Assembly: GCF_009914755.1 (NCBI RefSeq) | Contig: NC_060929.1 | Length of the DNA: 64,000 nucleotides | Direction: 5' to 3' (one strand) | Origin: the human T2T-CHM13v2.0 reference genome, Homo sapiens | Shown: positions 1-21,414 of the stretch, one piece after another | How the letters are laid out: each line of letters opens with the position of its first letter | How positions within the stretch are numbered: the first letter of the stretch is position 1 | Program-made: the position numbers and the translations under genes | Notes under the pieces: model-generated | Seen by the model: the letters and a program-made list of their open reading frames with translations, nothing else | What the model was told of the DNA's origin: nothing | Databases searched by the model: none

Positions 1-329
<329 letters not shown>

Positions 330-1424
330 ATAGTGACATGGATTTAGCTGGTCCAAGTTCCTTGCAAGCCCCAATCTCAGAGAAGAGAAGGTGATTGGAA
401 GAAGGTGATTGCCAGAGGCAGGTGCTGTGTGGAGATGGCCGGCCTCCGCTCCCTGTGTCCTCGTTGAACTTCCTATACGGCCAGCTTCCCCAGTCTCCCT
501 TAAGAGGGTGCCCTTAGCAGTTGGGCCCCTCTCCTTCTTGGTGTCCTTCCCTCCTCTGTAGCTCTGTATTTGTCTTTGCCAGCTCCTTAGCTTCTCTGGC
601 TCAAAAAAATCTCTCAGTCCTATCTGTGCTGTGGTAGCCCCACTTTTTTCTCTTGGAGTTTTCTGGTGGCTCTCTGGGGCCTTAGGTGGGTCTCTGTATG
701 CAAAGGGGCTGAGCTTCAGGCAGACGATTGGCTCGGGTGGGAAGGCCCAGCTTTCCTCAGTGTCCTTGTCCTGGCTTAGTGTCTGTGAGGGGCAAGGCCG
801 GGGCTCCTGAGCCCTGACAGGAGGCCAGAGTGTCTAGAACAGGGTGGCTTGTAGGGAGGGTGTTCCTAACCCTAAGGAACTCTTCTGTTGGGGGCTGCCA
901 GGGCACCCTCCTGAGGAAGTTGTGTTCCAAGCTCTGCCTGAGCTCCTCCAGCATGCATCTCTCCTGTGTTATGTTCCTGTTTCCGGACTGGGAACGACAA
1001 AGCTTGGGCCTGTGTGCTGGTGCCTGGCCTCTTCCAGGGGTTAACGAAGGTGCCAGGTTGGGGATATTTGAGGACTGGGTGCAGTGAGGGGGATTTTCTC
1101 TTGGAGCTCAGTAAAATGATCATGGGTAGAAAGAAAATGTTCCCACAGCCACAAAGCTGAAAACAAGGGGAGCATAAATAATTAAGACAGAAAATCCTTT
1201 GGGGCTCATGTCTGAGGTGGGAGATACAGATTTGATAATCAAATTTCATCAAAGTGCCACATGCAGGCTGGGTAGCCAGACCAGTGGGCAGCAGAACCAG
1301 GATGTCTCTCCAGCCTGGAGTGTGGCACCATCTGATGCAGGGAGTACAACAGAGATTCAGCTAATACCTGTAATTTCCAGAGAAATAATTTAGGTGTCAC
1401 AATCAGAGCATGGAATTGGAGTGA

Positions 1425-1790
<366 letters not shown>

Positions 1791-2171
1791 TGAGCAGAGG
1801 GAGCCCAAGGAGGAAGATGTTTCTTAAATGTTGAGTCCCAGATCAGGCCCTGGGACTTTGCCTAGAAGAGATTGTGTAGAGGATCCTGATGGAGGGGTCA
1901 TCTTTGTGGTCACACCCCAGACACTAGACAGAGAGGTAGGCCAGTTCTTTAGCCAGGAAAGAAGTGTGTGAGGAATGAAGTTCACTCTTGACTGCATTTG
2001 TTCAGGTCAGAACCATTTTGGAGGGCTCTTTCTTGGTCTTTTTGCCCTTTGCAGGCAAGGTTGTCTAAGGCAATGACTGTCCTTCCTGAGGGTTGGAACC
2101 ATGAAAGCCTGGGAGTTGCCGCAACTAGGAGGGGACAGAGGCTCTTAAATACTGGACAGAGCTCATGGCTA

Positions 2172-2805
<634 letters not shown>

Positions 2806-3030
2806 ATACATATATACATATATGGTATATTCTATGTATCTACATAAATACAAATATACTCATTGAAAATTCGTAGTACTTGTGGGTATGTTTATGTGTG
2901 TGTTTAAAAATAGGAGAGGTAATAAATACATTCTACAAACTTGCTTTTTTCATTTAACAAAATTTCTTGGCTATCCAGCCACATTATCAGTATCTAAAGG
3001 TCTCTTATTTTTTAAAAACAGCTTCAGGAT

Positions 3031-3538
3031 TGTGGTAGGCAGAAGAATACACTCTGCCCCCCAGCCCTCACCAGATGTCCACTGTGAATATATTATCTTC
3101 CATGGCAGAGGAACTTTGTAAATGTGATTATGGGTAAGGACCTTGAGAGGAAGAGATTATTTTGGATTATGAAGGTGGGCCCAATCTAATTAATGGGGGC
3201 ATTAAAAGTGGAAGAGGGAGGCAGAGGGTAGGTCACAGAGAGGCGATGGGAGAAGGACCTGCTGTTTGGAGGGTGGAGGAATTGGGCCATGAGCCAAGTG
3301 ATGCAGCAACCTCTAGAAACTGGGAATGGCTCTCGGCTTGCAGCCAGCAAGAAAAAGAACAAATCAGTAGGAAATGAATTCTCCCCGCAAGCCTCCAGAA
3401 AGGAACACAGCCTGGAGACACCTTGATTTTAGTCTGGGGAGACACACGCTGGACTTCTGAGTACCAGAACTGAAAAGGAATAAATTTGTGTTGTTTTAAG
3501 TTGGTAATTTGTCATGGCAGCAATGAAAAAGACCACAA
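3031..3538 (+). mobile_element. MLT1D/E-like MaLR solo LTR
   Basis: tgtggtaggcagaa start; aataaatttgtgttgttttaag and gcagcaatgaaaa end motifs. Confidence 0.75.
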
Positions 3539-3673
3539 CAGTGTTCCTTGGGGTAGCCTCCCCATGGTTTATTTAGCTATTCCCCTGTTGGTGGCAGAAG
3601 TTTACATTCCTTATTTTCTTTAATGGAATGCTTTATGGGAAGTGTGTACACAAGGAAAGGTGTTGTTCTAGGA

Positions 3674-3924
3674 CAGGGTTTTCTAAAAATATCTTTGATA
3701 ATCTCCAGTAAGAAATACATTTTATGTAATGATCCAGTGGACATACCCACATATAAAACAAAACTTCAAGAAACTATACTTGTCCTCAATACCTGTGTTA
3801 CATTCTGATTATTTCCTGGGCTACTCTATTCTATTCCATTCAGAACAAATGCTGGTTGCCAGCCACTAACTTTATTTCACAGTTCCTGAATGGATTTCAA
3901 CCGAAAGTTTAAAAAAAATACTAC
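3674..3924. mobile_element. Possible hAT-Charlie (MER-type) fragment
   Basis: ctattctattccatt...aaatgctggttgccagccactaa...gtttaaaaaaaatact resembles Charlie ends. Confidence 0.35.
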
Positions 3925-4134
3925 TCTAGAAGCCGCTTGGCTAGGCTATCATGTGGTAAACTAAGTGAACGTGTGCTCTGATCACCACTCAGCCTAGCAG
4001 GGACACCAAAAAATGAGGATTCATTTTTTTTTTGGTTCTTAATTTTGAGGATTCATTTTTTGATAACATAATCTACAATTCTGCCATCAGAAAATTTAGA
4101 AATAAGTGATTTTAGCATATGTTTTATGGTTTAG

Positions 4135-4566
<432 letters not shown>

Positions 4567-5028
4567 TAATTATAGAACAAGATTGAAACCAGGAAACTGA
4601 CATTGGTATGATGTATTGTATGGTTAATATCACTTTATCAGTTGTGTGGATTCCTGTAGACAGTGCAATCAAGATACAGAACTAGTATCTTCCTGTAAAG
4701 ATCTCCCTGGTGCTACCCCTTTAGAGTCAGACTCATGCCTCTTCCTCAGCCATTCCGAACCTCTGGAGCCACTAATCTATTTTCTGTCTCTATAAATTTG
4801 TCATTTTGAGAATGTTATATAGATGGAAAAATATGTGACCTTTTAAGATGGGTTTTTTTTTCACTTAGCATAATGTCCTAGAGCTCCATCCAAGTTGTTG
4901 CATGTATGAATAGTTCATTCCTTTTCATTGATAGTAGTATTCCATGGTATGGGTGTTTGACCATCATTGTATTAAAGGAGGTTTTTATTGTTTCCAATTT
5001 TTGGCTATTGTAAATAAAGCTGTTATGA

Positions 5029-5417
<389 letters not shown>

Positions 5418-6082
5418 GTATATATTTAATTTTTAAATAAATTGCTAAGTTGCTTTCTGGAGTGGCTATATCAGCAGTGTGAGAGAGATACAGTTTCTCC
5501 ACTTCCTTGTCAGCAGTTGGCATTGTCACTATTTATTTTAGCTGCTCTAACAGCTATAGTGATAGCTCATTGTAATCTTGATTTGCGTTTCCCTAATGGC
5601 TAATGATGTTGAACATCTTTCATGGGCTTATTTGCCATCTGTGTATTCTTTTCAGCGAGATGTCTCTTCATGTGTATTGTTTTTTATTTTGAGAGTTTCA
5701 TGCTAGTCTGTTGGGAGATGCGGTAGAAGCACAATATTTTTTGGTGATTTTTAGTGCTGAATGGATACTAAGCTTTGAAATTTCTGGTCTTTGAATAATC
5801 AGACATAGACAAAGTGACTATAGTAGTTTATACTTCTAGCACTTTTTGGGGTTCCTGTTTCCACATACCTTCATAAATATTTAATGTTGTTAACCTTATT
5901 CTTTTTTTTTCCAACTTGATGTGTCACAATTGATCCAACTATTTTAATCTGCATTTGACTGAATACTAGTAAGGATAAGCATCTTTTTATAATGTTTTGG
6001 ACATTTGTATTCTCAAAAATGATCTGTTTGTAGCTTTTGCCACTTAAAAATGAATCTTTAATCACACAAATAAATTACATCT

Positions 6083-6744
6083 TATTTATTTATTTATTTA
6101 TTTATATTTTGAGACAGAGTCTGTCTCTGTTGCCCAGGCTGGAGTGCAGTGGCAACATCTTGGCTCATTGCAACCTCTACCTCCCAGGCTCAAGCGAATC
6201 CTCCTACCCCAGTCTCCCGAGTAGCTGGGATTACAGGCCAGTGCCACCACACCCAGCTAATTTTTGTATTTTTAGTAGAGATGGGTGATTTGATTTGGCT
6301 GTGTCTCCACCTAAATCTCATCTTGAATTGTAGTTCCCATAATCTCCACATGTCGTGGGAGGGACCTGGTTGGAGGTTATTGAATCATGGCGATGGTTAC
6401 CCTCATGCTGTTCTCATGATAGTGAGTTCTCATGAGATCTGATGGGACACTTCTCCTTCCTGCTGCCTTGTGAAGAAGGTGCCTTGCTTCTCTCTCACTT
6501 TCTGCCATAATTGTAAGTTTCCTGAGGCCTCCCCAGCCATGCAGAACTGTGAGTCAATTGAACTTCTTTCCTTTATAAATTATGCAGTCTCAAATATGTC
6601 TTTATTAACAGTGTGAGAATGGACTGATAACAAAGGGGTTTTGCCATGTTGTTCAGGGTGGTCTCGAACTCTAGAGCTCAAGTGATTTACCTGCCTTGGC
6701 CTCCCAAAGTGCTGGGATTACAGGCGTGGGCCACTGGGCCCAGC
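6083..6744 (-). mobile_element. Alu (old) split by a THE1 LTR
   Basis: Alu sequence at 6083-6285 resumes at 6633-6744. Confidence 0.85.
6286..6632 (+). mobile_element. THE1 (C/D-like) MaLR solo LTR
   Basis: TG...CA ends, ggctgtgtctccacctaaatctcatcttgaattgtag core, 5-bp TSD atggg/aaggg. Confidence 0.88.
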
Positions 6745-6824
6745 TTGTCTTATTATTCTTAATCATTTTTTTTAAAAAGGAAAATTATCGGTAAGGCTAA
6801 AGTCCCTTTGAACACCATTCTGTC

Positions 6825-8265
6825 TCTTAACATATCACCCCAACACTTAGTTGCTTAAAATGACAATCATTTATCCATGAGTCTACAGGTTGGATGGGTA
6901 GTTCAACTGATTTGGGCTGACCTTGCTCAGCAAGCTGGATGCCTGTGGTGTAGTTGGTCTGATGGCCTGGACTGGAATGACTTTGCTTTCCTGCTGTTAT
7001 CTTTCATATCCTTCCATTAGGGTATTCTGGGAATATTCTCATCATGTGAGTCCAAGAAACATTCAAGCACTTTTTGAAGACCCTTCTTGCGTCAATTTTG
7101 CCTCTGTCCATTGGCCAAAGCAAGTCACATGGTTAAGTACAGAGTTAGTGTGCAGTGATACTACTAAAAGGCACAGATAGAGGGAGGCGTGAAACTTTGG
7201 GGCCACTAATGTAGTCAGTCTACCATTGTGCACTTTTGGCCACAACTAACCGTATCCCTCCCATATGCAAAATATGCTCACCCCCATTCTAGGATCCCCA
7301 AAAGGTTATCCAATCACATCATTATGTTTGAAGCCTAGGATCTCATGATCTATATCAGCTCTGCTTGTGGCTCCTTGGATGAAATTTCTCTTGATCTGGG
7401 GACCTATGAACTAAAAAGATAATTTATCTCCTCCTCCCAACATACAGTGGTAAGACAGGGACAGGAAAATTGCAATAGGTACTCCTACTCAAAAGAGTGG
7501 GAGGCACATTGCATCACTGTCGGTAGCAATTCTACAATCCAGCTTGGAAAACATTGTCAGGTTCCCCTGTTTTGGGAAGAACTTCACTTGCAGATACCCC
7601 TTACCACAGGGGTGGTGAATATCCCTTGATTAACACCCAATTCTGCTCACTCAGAGTGGCTTTCTTTTCTTTTCTTTTCTTTTTTTTTTGAAAGAGGGCT
7701 TCTGGTTTCTATGAAGTTTTCAAATCCACTATTTTCCAAGGCCCTTGGCTTCACCCTTTGAGGTGTCCTCCTTTTTCCATTATCCTCCTTGGCCACTTCT
7801 GAAGACAAGATGTGCCCTTTAAGCAATGTCCTTCTCAGCCTTCTTCCTGTCCACAGACCTTTTTTTCATTTTGAATAATTTCTACTCAGACTGGGGGCAT
7901 TTATGACAATGGAACATCCTCAAAAACATTGTGGGTTTTCTAGGCTTCTCATTGCATTTAATGCCATTTGTCAAAAGCCACACCCATAATTTTTTGAGAG
8001 CTTTCTTTTTTAGACTTAACCACTGCTGCTCTGGGCATGTCAGACATGTTTTAAAGACTCCTAGGTTCCCTTTCTTCAGGGACAAGAACTATAAGGCAAT
8101 ACCAAGTGTTCATTCAAGCTTCTGCTTATGCCAAGTTTTCTATTGCTCCATTGGCCAAAGCAAATACATAGCTAAGCCCAGTGTTAGTATGGGCAGGCAG
8201 TGCAAGAGGGCATGGATTCAGGGAAATATGAAAAATTGAGGCTTTAATGCAATCCATCTATCATA
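6825..8265. mobile_element. Old MLT1-type MaLR remnant: LTR, internal fragment and partial second LTR
   Basis: Repeated cattggccaaagcaa...aag motif at ~7109 and ~8149, with MLT-internal-like sequence between. Confidence 0.5.
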
Positions 8266-9285
8266 AAAGGTAATTTAAAAAATTTTGGTGTGATTTCTTG
8301 GGTGTGTGTGCACATAAATATTAACTGTATATGATTCTGCATCTTGCTATTTTCACTTAGTAATATCTTTTCTTTGATAAATTTCTTTTAACTGCTACAA
8401 GAATTTCATAGTACAAATGTATAGTGCATTTTACTGAGCCATTTCTGTGATGAACGAACATTTAGGTTATTTCTAATTTTTTCACTATTACTTTATACAG
8501 TCTGAGATGTACTTTCCCCCCCTCATTTTATCATCTCTGATATTATTATGATACCTTACAAGTATTTGGAAGTTTTATTCTTAGTATGTAGAATAACAAT
8601 GCATCTTGTAATCAGTGTTGCTTTAGGTTTGATAAAATGTGATACAAATGTTTATGAACATTCTGCTTGGACTGATTGCTGAATCAGTTTAACCATTTAT
8701 ACTCTCAGCACTGCTTTCCATCCTGCCAATAATTGGTTCATAGTTAGTTTTTCGTGATTTGCCAACATGATAGATGTGAAATGGTATCTCACTGCAATTT
8801 TAAATTTACTTTTCTGATTATTAGTTAGGTTAAACATTGCTTCATATTTCTTGGCCATTTAGGTTTTCTTTCTGTGAATTATCTGTTTAGATCTTTTCCA
8901 CATTTTTAGGGTTGTCTTTTTCTTACTGATTTGTAGAAATTCTTTATATATTATAGACACTAATCTTTTGTTGGTGTGTTGCAAATATCTTCTTCCATTC
9001 TGAAGTTTAACTTCTTTGTTTGTAGTGTTCTTTATTATACAGATAATTTGAGTTTAATGGAGTTGAATTTTAAAAATTAATTTTTTAATGGTTTGAAATT
9101 TTTGTGTCTTGTCTAAAATATTCTTCACTACTGTTACTACTAGTAGTAGCAGCTACTATTTCTCCAACAGTTACTATGTGCCAGGCACTGTTCTAAGTGT
9201 ATTAACTAATTCAATTATCATAACTCTTTTGGATAGTTTTTATTATTAACCTTACCCTACACCTAGAAAACTGGGTGAACCAGTT

Positions 9286-9590
9286 TGTGCTAGGTTAAAT
9301 AATGCACCACCCCAAAGATAACCACATCATTATTCCTGGAACCTGTGGATATTACCTAAAGGATGGATTTTATATGGCAAGATATATAATTGAGGTGAAA
9401 TTATCCTGAATTATTTGGGTGTGCCTCCAGTGTAATCATAAGTATCCTCATGAGAAGGAGGCAGAGGGAGGTGTACCACACAGTAGAAGAGGAGAAGGCA
9501 ATGTGGCCACAGAGGCAGAGGTTGGCATGATGCAGCCACAAGCCAAGAAATACCAGTACCACCAGGAGCTGGAAGAGGCAAGGAACATGG
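9286..9590 (+). mobile_element. MLT1C/D-like LTR fragment
   Basis: ggaacctgtggatattacc and gatgcagccacaagccaag motifs. Confidence 0.65.
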
Positions 9591-9855
9591 AACATACTTT
9601 CACATTATTGTCTATGGTGTTTTTCCTCTAATGAATTGCCTGTCTATCCACTTTCCCGTTGGGTTCTCTTTTTTCCTGGGAGATCTTCATATAGACTGGA
9701 TACCTAGTTATGTGTATGATACATACATATTTTCCAGTGTGTAACATGACTTTTTGTGTTGCTTATGTTGTTTTTTGCCAAAATTTTACATTTTGATTTA
9801 GTCAACTTTATTATTTTTTCTTTATATACATCTGTTTGTGATTATTATGTATGTT

Positions 9856-10561
<706 letters not shown>

Positions 10562-12893
10562 TAGGGGCATAATTTTATTCAAAAATAGAGAGTCAGTTGC
10601 CTCAATACCATTATTAACACATCCAGTTTTCTCCCACTGACTTGAAATGATGCTATCTACACATGAACCCATTTCTGAGCTCTCAATTACATTTCTTTGG
10701 TCCATCTCTCCTTACTCTAAAACCAAACAATATTAATACCTGTAGTTTCATAACATGTTTTGATACTTGGTAGGGCAAGTTCTCCTCTTTTCATTTCAAA
10801 ACAGTTATTTACTACGTTCACATATTTACATTTTCGTGTGCATTTTAGAATCACCTTATGCAAGTCCTTGCAAATCTTGTTTTGGTATTGGGATTGTGTT
10901 TGCATTGAATGTTTAGATTATTGGAAGGGAGCTGAAAATGTTATTATAAAAAATCTTACTGTTCTCGAAAATGGTTTCTCTCTCCGGGTCATTTTCATTA
11001 TTGTTCAGTTAAGTCTTACAGTTATACTATTTCTTGCACATTTCTTATCAGGTGTATGCCAAGGCACATTATGGTACTGATATCTTTCCTTTCCTACTAT
11101 AAAACTGGTTAGTGCTAATATATAGGAGCAATTGATTTTTTGCTATATAGAAGTTTGACTTGGTTGTAGTTGTAGTCGAATTTATGATTTTTTTTTTAAC
11201 TTTAACAGCTTCTAGATTTTAAATTATATGAAGGAACGTTCTCTCCCAATCATGATGTTGGATATTCACCTGTGTTTTTTTCTAGTACTTGTATGGTTTC
11301 AGTTTTTAACTTTTAGGCCTCTGATCTGTTTGGCATTTATTCCAGGGTTTGGGTTAAAGGATGGACCCAGTTTTATCTTCTTCTCCATGACTATCCTAGT
11401 GCACCAACTCCATTTTATCCCTAAAGCCTATCTTTCCCCACTGATTTGAGATACTGCCCTAATGTAAACTAAATGTTCTTATTTCTGAGTTTTCTCTTCT
11501 GTTCCATTAATCTGTCTAGTCATGCACAGTACTCTACTGTCTTAACCATAGAAGCCTTATAATGAGTTTTCATGCCTAGTAGGGCTGGGTATGTGTGATT
11601 TATTTATTTTGGCATTTAGTGGGCCCTTTCATTCTGCAGACACATGTCTATCTTCTGTTATGGGAGGTGTTTATTTTTCTTCCTTCTTCTTTTCCTTTGC
11701 TAATTTTCTTGTGTAGTTTCTATCATTCTATTCTTTGGTGACCATTTCTGGAAGAGCTCTGGGCCTCTGATTCATTCTTTAGATGTGTTAATTCTGCAAC
11801 TCAGCGCTTTTATTATCTTCTTAATATCAACAGTTCAATTTTTATTGAGACTGGTTCTTTTTTCATTGCCTGTTCTTTTTACTTAATGGATGTGGTATCC
11901 TCCCATATTTTTCTAAGTATATAAAATATTCTTATGGTAAAAGATTCTGTTCGAGTCACGCTATTGACCCTGTTTCCTTTGAGCTCTCCTGTTTGGTGAG
12001 TTTGTCTCTCCCTCATGGCGTAGACAGTCCTCAAATGTTTGGAGATCTGTCATTGTGCGCTTATTTTTAATGGAGAATCCTTTAGCGCCTGTCTGTTGCC
12101 TGTTATGATAATTGCCCTATTCAGTCACCTCTGACCCAAGCCTTCTCTAGCTCTGGGTTTCTACTGTGAGCATGAAACATCTTGTGTTTTACCATCCTTT
12201 TCTTTTCTCCTCTCCTTTCCCTCTTTCTTTTCTTTCTTTCTTTCTTATCCTGGCCAATGGCATTCCTTTGCCACTTTTTTTTTTTTTTTTTTGTCTTTCA
12301 GGGACTTCTCATATTTTGTGGTCAGCCAGAGTGTCCCTTCTTGTTTTGAGCATGAGTATATAGTAATTATTAAAATTTTGCCCAGTATTTGAATAGATTT
12401 GTTGCAGGAGTGGGAGACTATCCTTGATTCAGTTCATCATCTTGAAACTGCAACTTCATCATGTTTTCTCTTTTCTTTCCTTTTTAAAATTTTGAAATAA
12501 TTTTTTTCAGGATTCATGGTAATTTTCCCCCAATTAAAAAATATGTTGGAATATACATAACATAAAATTTACCATCTTAACCATTTTAAAATGTACAGTT
12601 CAGTGGTATTAAATACATTAATAATGTTGTGCAAAGATCACCACCATTTTTCTCCCAGACTCTTTTCATCTTACAAAAGTGAAACTGTGTACCTGCTAAG
12701 CTACTTCCCGTTAGCACTCCCTCCAGCCCCTGGATGCCACCATCCTACTTTCTGTTTCTATGAATTTCACTACTCTAACGACCTCATATAAGTGGAATCA
12801 TATAGTATTTGTCTTTTTGTGACTGGCTTATTTCACTTAACATAATGGCCTAAAGGTTTATCCATGTTGTAGCATATATCAGAATTTCTTACC

Positions 12894-13176
12894 TTTTTTT
12901 TGTTATTGTGTTGTTGTTTTTGAGACAGAGTCTCGCTCTGTCACCCAAGCTAGAGTGCAGTGGTGCCATCATGGTTTACTCCTCAACCTCCCAAGTTCAA
13001 GCAATCCTCCCAGCTCAGCCTCCCGAGTAGCTGGGACTGCAAGGTGCATGCCACCACACCTGGGCTAATTTTAAAATTTTATTTTGTAGAAACTGGGTCT
13101 TGCTATGGGCTCAAGGGATCCTCCTGCCTTGGCCTCCCAGAGTGCTGGGATCATAAGTGTGAGCCACCGTGCCTGG
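12894..13176 (-). mobile_element. AluJ
   Basis: Diverged Alu with TSD ttcttacctttt. Confidence 0.85.
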
Positions 13177-13396
13177 CATTCTTACCTTTTTATGGCTGAA
13201 TAGTATGTGTATACCACATTTCATTTATTCATTCATCTACTGATGAACGCTTGGGTTGTTTCCACATTCCAGCTATGGTGAATAATGCTGCTGTCAACAT
13301 AAGTGTACAAATATCTCTTTGAGACCCTGTTTTCAATTCCTCTGTGTGTATCCTCAGAAATAGAATTGCTGGATCATATGGTAATTCTATTTTTAA

Positions 13397-13705
<309 letters not shown>

Positions 13706-15118
13706 TGTATTTTTAATTTTTATGGAAGCCTCATACAGTTTTCCACAGTGGTTGTACCATTTTACATTCCCACCAGCAGTGCACCAAGGTTCCAATTTCT
13801 CTACATCCTCTCCCACATGTTATTTTCTTCTGTTTTATATATTTTTTGATAGTACTCATCCTAATAGATATGAGGTGATAACTAATTGTAGCTTTCATTT
13901 GCATTTCTCCAATGATTACTGGTATTGAGCATCTTCTCATGTGCTCACTGGGCATTTGTGTATCTTTAGAGAAATGTCTATTCAAATCCTTTGCTTCTTT
14001 TTGAATCACGTTTTTGTTTTTTTTTGTTCTATTTTGGATATTAATCCATTATCAGATATATGGTTTGCAAATATTTTCTCCCATTTTGTGAGTTGCCTTT
14101 TTACTTTGTTGATATACAATTGTCTTCTGATGCACAAAAATTTTAAAGTCCAATTTGTCTATTTTTTCTTCTGTTGCCTGTGTCTTTGGTGTCATATCCA
14201 GGAAATCATTGCTAACTCCAGTGGTGCAAAGTTTTTGCCCTGTGTTTTCTTCTAAGGCTTTTATGGTTTTAAGTCTTACATTTAGGTCTTTGATCTATTT
14301 TGAATTAATTTTTATTACAGTGTTAGGTAAGGGTCCAACTTCATTATTGCACATGGATATTTGGTTTTCCCAGTATCATTTCTTAAAAAGACTGTTCTTT
14401 TCCCATTGAATGGTCTTGGCATCCTTTCAAAAATCATTTATTTGACTATGAGAAAGTTTATATCTGGGTTCTGTACTTCTTTGGCCTGTATGTCCATCTT
14501 TCTGTTAGTATCACATTGTTTTGATTACTGCAGCTTTATAGTATGTTTTGAAATCAGGAAGTGTAAATCCTTCCACACTGTTCTTCTTTCTCAAGATTCT
14601 TTTGTCTATTTGAGTTCCCTAGTGATTCCATAAATTTTAGAATGGGTTTTTCTATTTTCGCAAAAAAAATCATTGGGATTTTAATAGGGACTACATTGAA
14701 TCTGTAGGTTGCTCTGTGTAATATTGATATCTTAACAATATAAGCCTTTCAATCTATGAACATGGAATGTGTTTCCATTTATTTATGTTATCTTTAGTTT
14801 CTTTCAGCAATATTTTATATAATAATTTTTGTTGTTCAGTCTTTCACCTGCTTGGTTAAGTTCCTAAGTTTTTATTGTTTTTGATGCTATTGTAAATGGA
14901 ATTTTTTTTTCTAACTTTCTATTCAGGTACTTCATTGTCAGTGTATAGAAATGCAATTGATTTTTGTGTGTTGATTTCATATCCTGTTAGTTTGCTGACT
15001 CATTTATTAGTTCTAATACTGTTTTTGTGGAATCTTTAGGGATTTCTACATAAGACCATATAACCTGCGAATGGAGAGAATTCTACTTCTTTCTTTCCAA
15101 TTTGGATGTCTGAAAAGA

Positions 15119-19750
<4,632 letters not shown>

Positions 19751-19928
19751 TAAAAAAATTAGAAAATTATATCCAACATCCAGAGTTACATTTGTATGTG
19801 TGAATAGATGATCACAATTTATGGTATATACTTATTTATTTGTACTTTAAATAATAAAAAGTATAGCAATGAGTTAGTTGTTTAAAATATGAAATACAGT
19901 AAAGTATAAAAGTTGGAATTCTCTCAAG

Positions 19929-20824
19929 TTTTTTTTTTAAATATATCAGTTATTTAATTAGGTTCTTTGTAAGACATTTAATTTACCAATTTGTGAGATA
20001 AACTCCTTTCCTCAGGGCAAATAGATCACAGGTAGCCCTGGAGATGAGAAATAGCTTTGATTTTTGATGAAATTTTCAAGTCTACATCTTTCTGATCAAC
20101 CCTGCACTGCTTTGTAATCTCATATTTCTCTTTGTGTGTCAAAGATCTCACCTTCCTGGCTTCTGGGCTTTCTCAGCTGCTGCTTGACGTAAGCATCAGT
20201 GAGATTATTTGGGATTTTCACATTGCTGATATTAATTTTTATGGAGGTGGCAATGATAATTTCTGGTGTGTTCTATAAAGAGGAACTTGCTTGAAGACCA
20301 GAGGTCTAGTCACAAGTAGCTCAGCTGCTTCAGAAAAGCCACCCTCTTGTGTCTGTAGTGCCCAGTGATGATGGTCAGAGGGTCTCGGGAGCGATGCTGG
20401 CTCACAGTTTTCTTGGATGTTGACTGAAGGGTTTTTGCCGTGGCTTGGCAGCTTTAAAGGTACATCTTCAGTAGGGTAATATCTAGGCATTTTGCAAAGT
20501 TTACCCACCTGGGTACTACCATTCTCATCACCACCAGTTTTTTGGTTGTGTGACAGTGGCAAGAACCTTCTCCTTTTTCTTTTCAATCCTGGATTTAGTG
20601 GCTGAGTATTTCCTTTTTTACTGGAATACATAGCAGATAGGGAATATCTGCCAGTTCCTCTGATGAGGACAGGATTTCAGCTGTCGTGGGGCTTCCCCTT
20701 CTTGGGATTTTTGGCCGTGAGTTTATCCTTTTTCACCTTGCCACCAGCATCAGCCTTCTTGGCTTCACATTTCTTCTCTTTAGTATCTGGCTTCTTGACT
20801 TTTTACCTAACATCTTGCAAGAGC
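19929..20824 (-). pseudogene. RPL6P: RPL6 (60S ribosomal protein L6) processed pseudogene
   Basis: ATG at 20813 after cttgcaag. Fragments such as KMPRYYPTEDVP and RTHQK match RPL6. Intronless and frameshifted; TAA at 19980-19978, ATTAAA, poly(A) at 19938-19929, TSD tctctcaag at 19920-19928 and 20825-20833. Confidence 0.93.
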
Positions 20825-21239
20825 TCTCTCAAGATTCTTGAATTATTTACAGGATGGGTTTAACTTAAAATTTATATTCATTATGTAGAAAAGTACAGAG
20901 GAGTGTATAGCAAATACTGATGTGTAATCATCACTTACTCTTTGCTACTCTATCAAATGTCAATGCCATATTTATTTAGGTTAATTTTATTTAGATTAAA
21001 AAATAATAGAAAAAGTCTTATAGATACAGTTGAATTCCATTACACATCCTTCCCTTCTCCTATTCTTTTTACTTCTACTTCTGAGGTAACCATTAATATG
21101 GATTTTTTGGTTGTCATTATCATGTATATTTCACTGCATGTAAATGTAGCAATGGACAATGCATAGTGTAATATTTTGCATATTTAAAAACCTATATAAA
21201 TGGCATATTGTGCACATCTTTATAAAATTTCCTTTTTGT

Positions 21240-21414
21240 TTTCTTTTTCCTTCTTTTTCTTTTTGTTTTTAGACAGAGTCTTGCTGTCACCCAGACTGCA
21301 GTGCAGTGGCATGATCATAGTTCATTGTAACCTCAATTTCTTGACCTCAAGTGATACTCCCACCTTAGTCTCCTGAAGCATTGGGATTACAGGTGTGAGC
21401 CACAACACCCGGCC
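21240..21414 (-). mobile_element. Alu monomer or internally deleted old Alu
   Basis: Short diverged Alu with TSD aatttccttttt. Confidence 0.75.
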
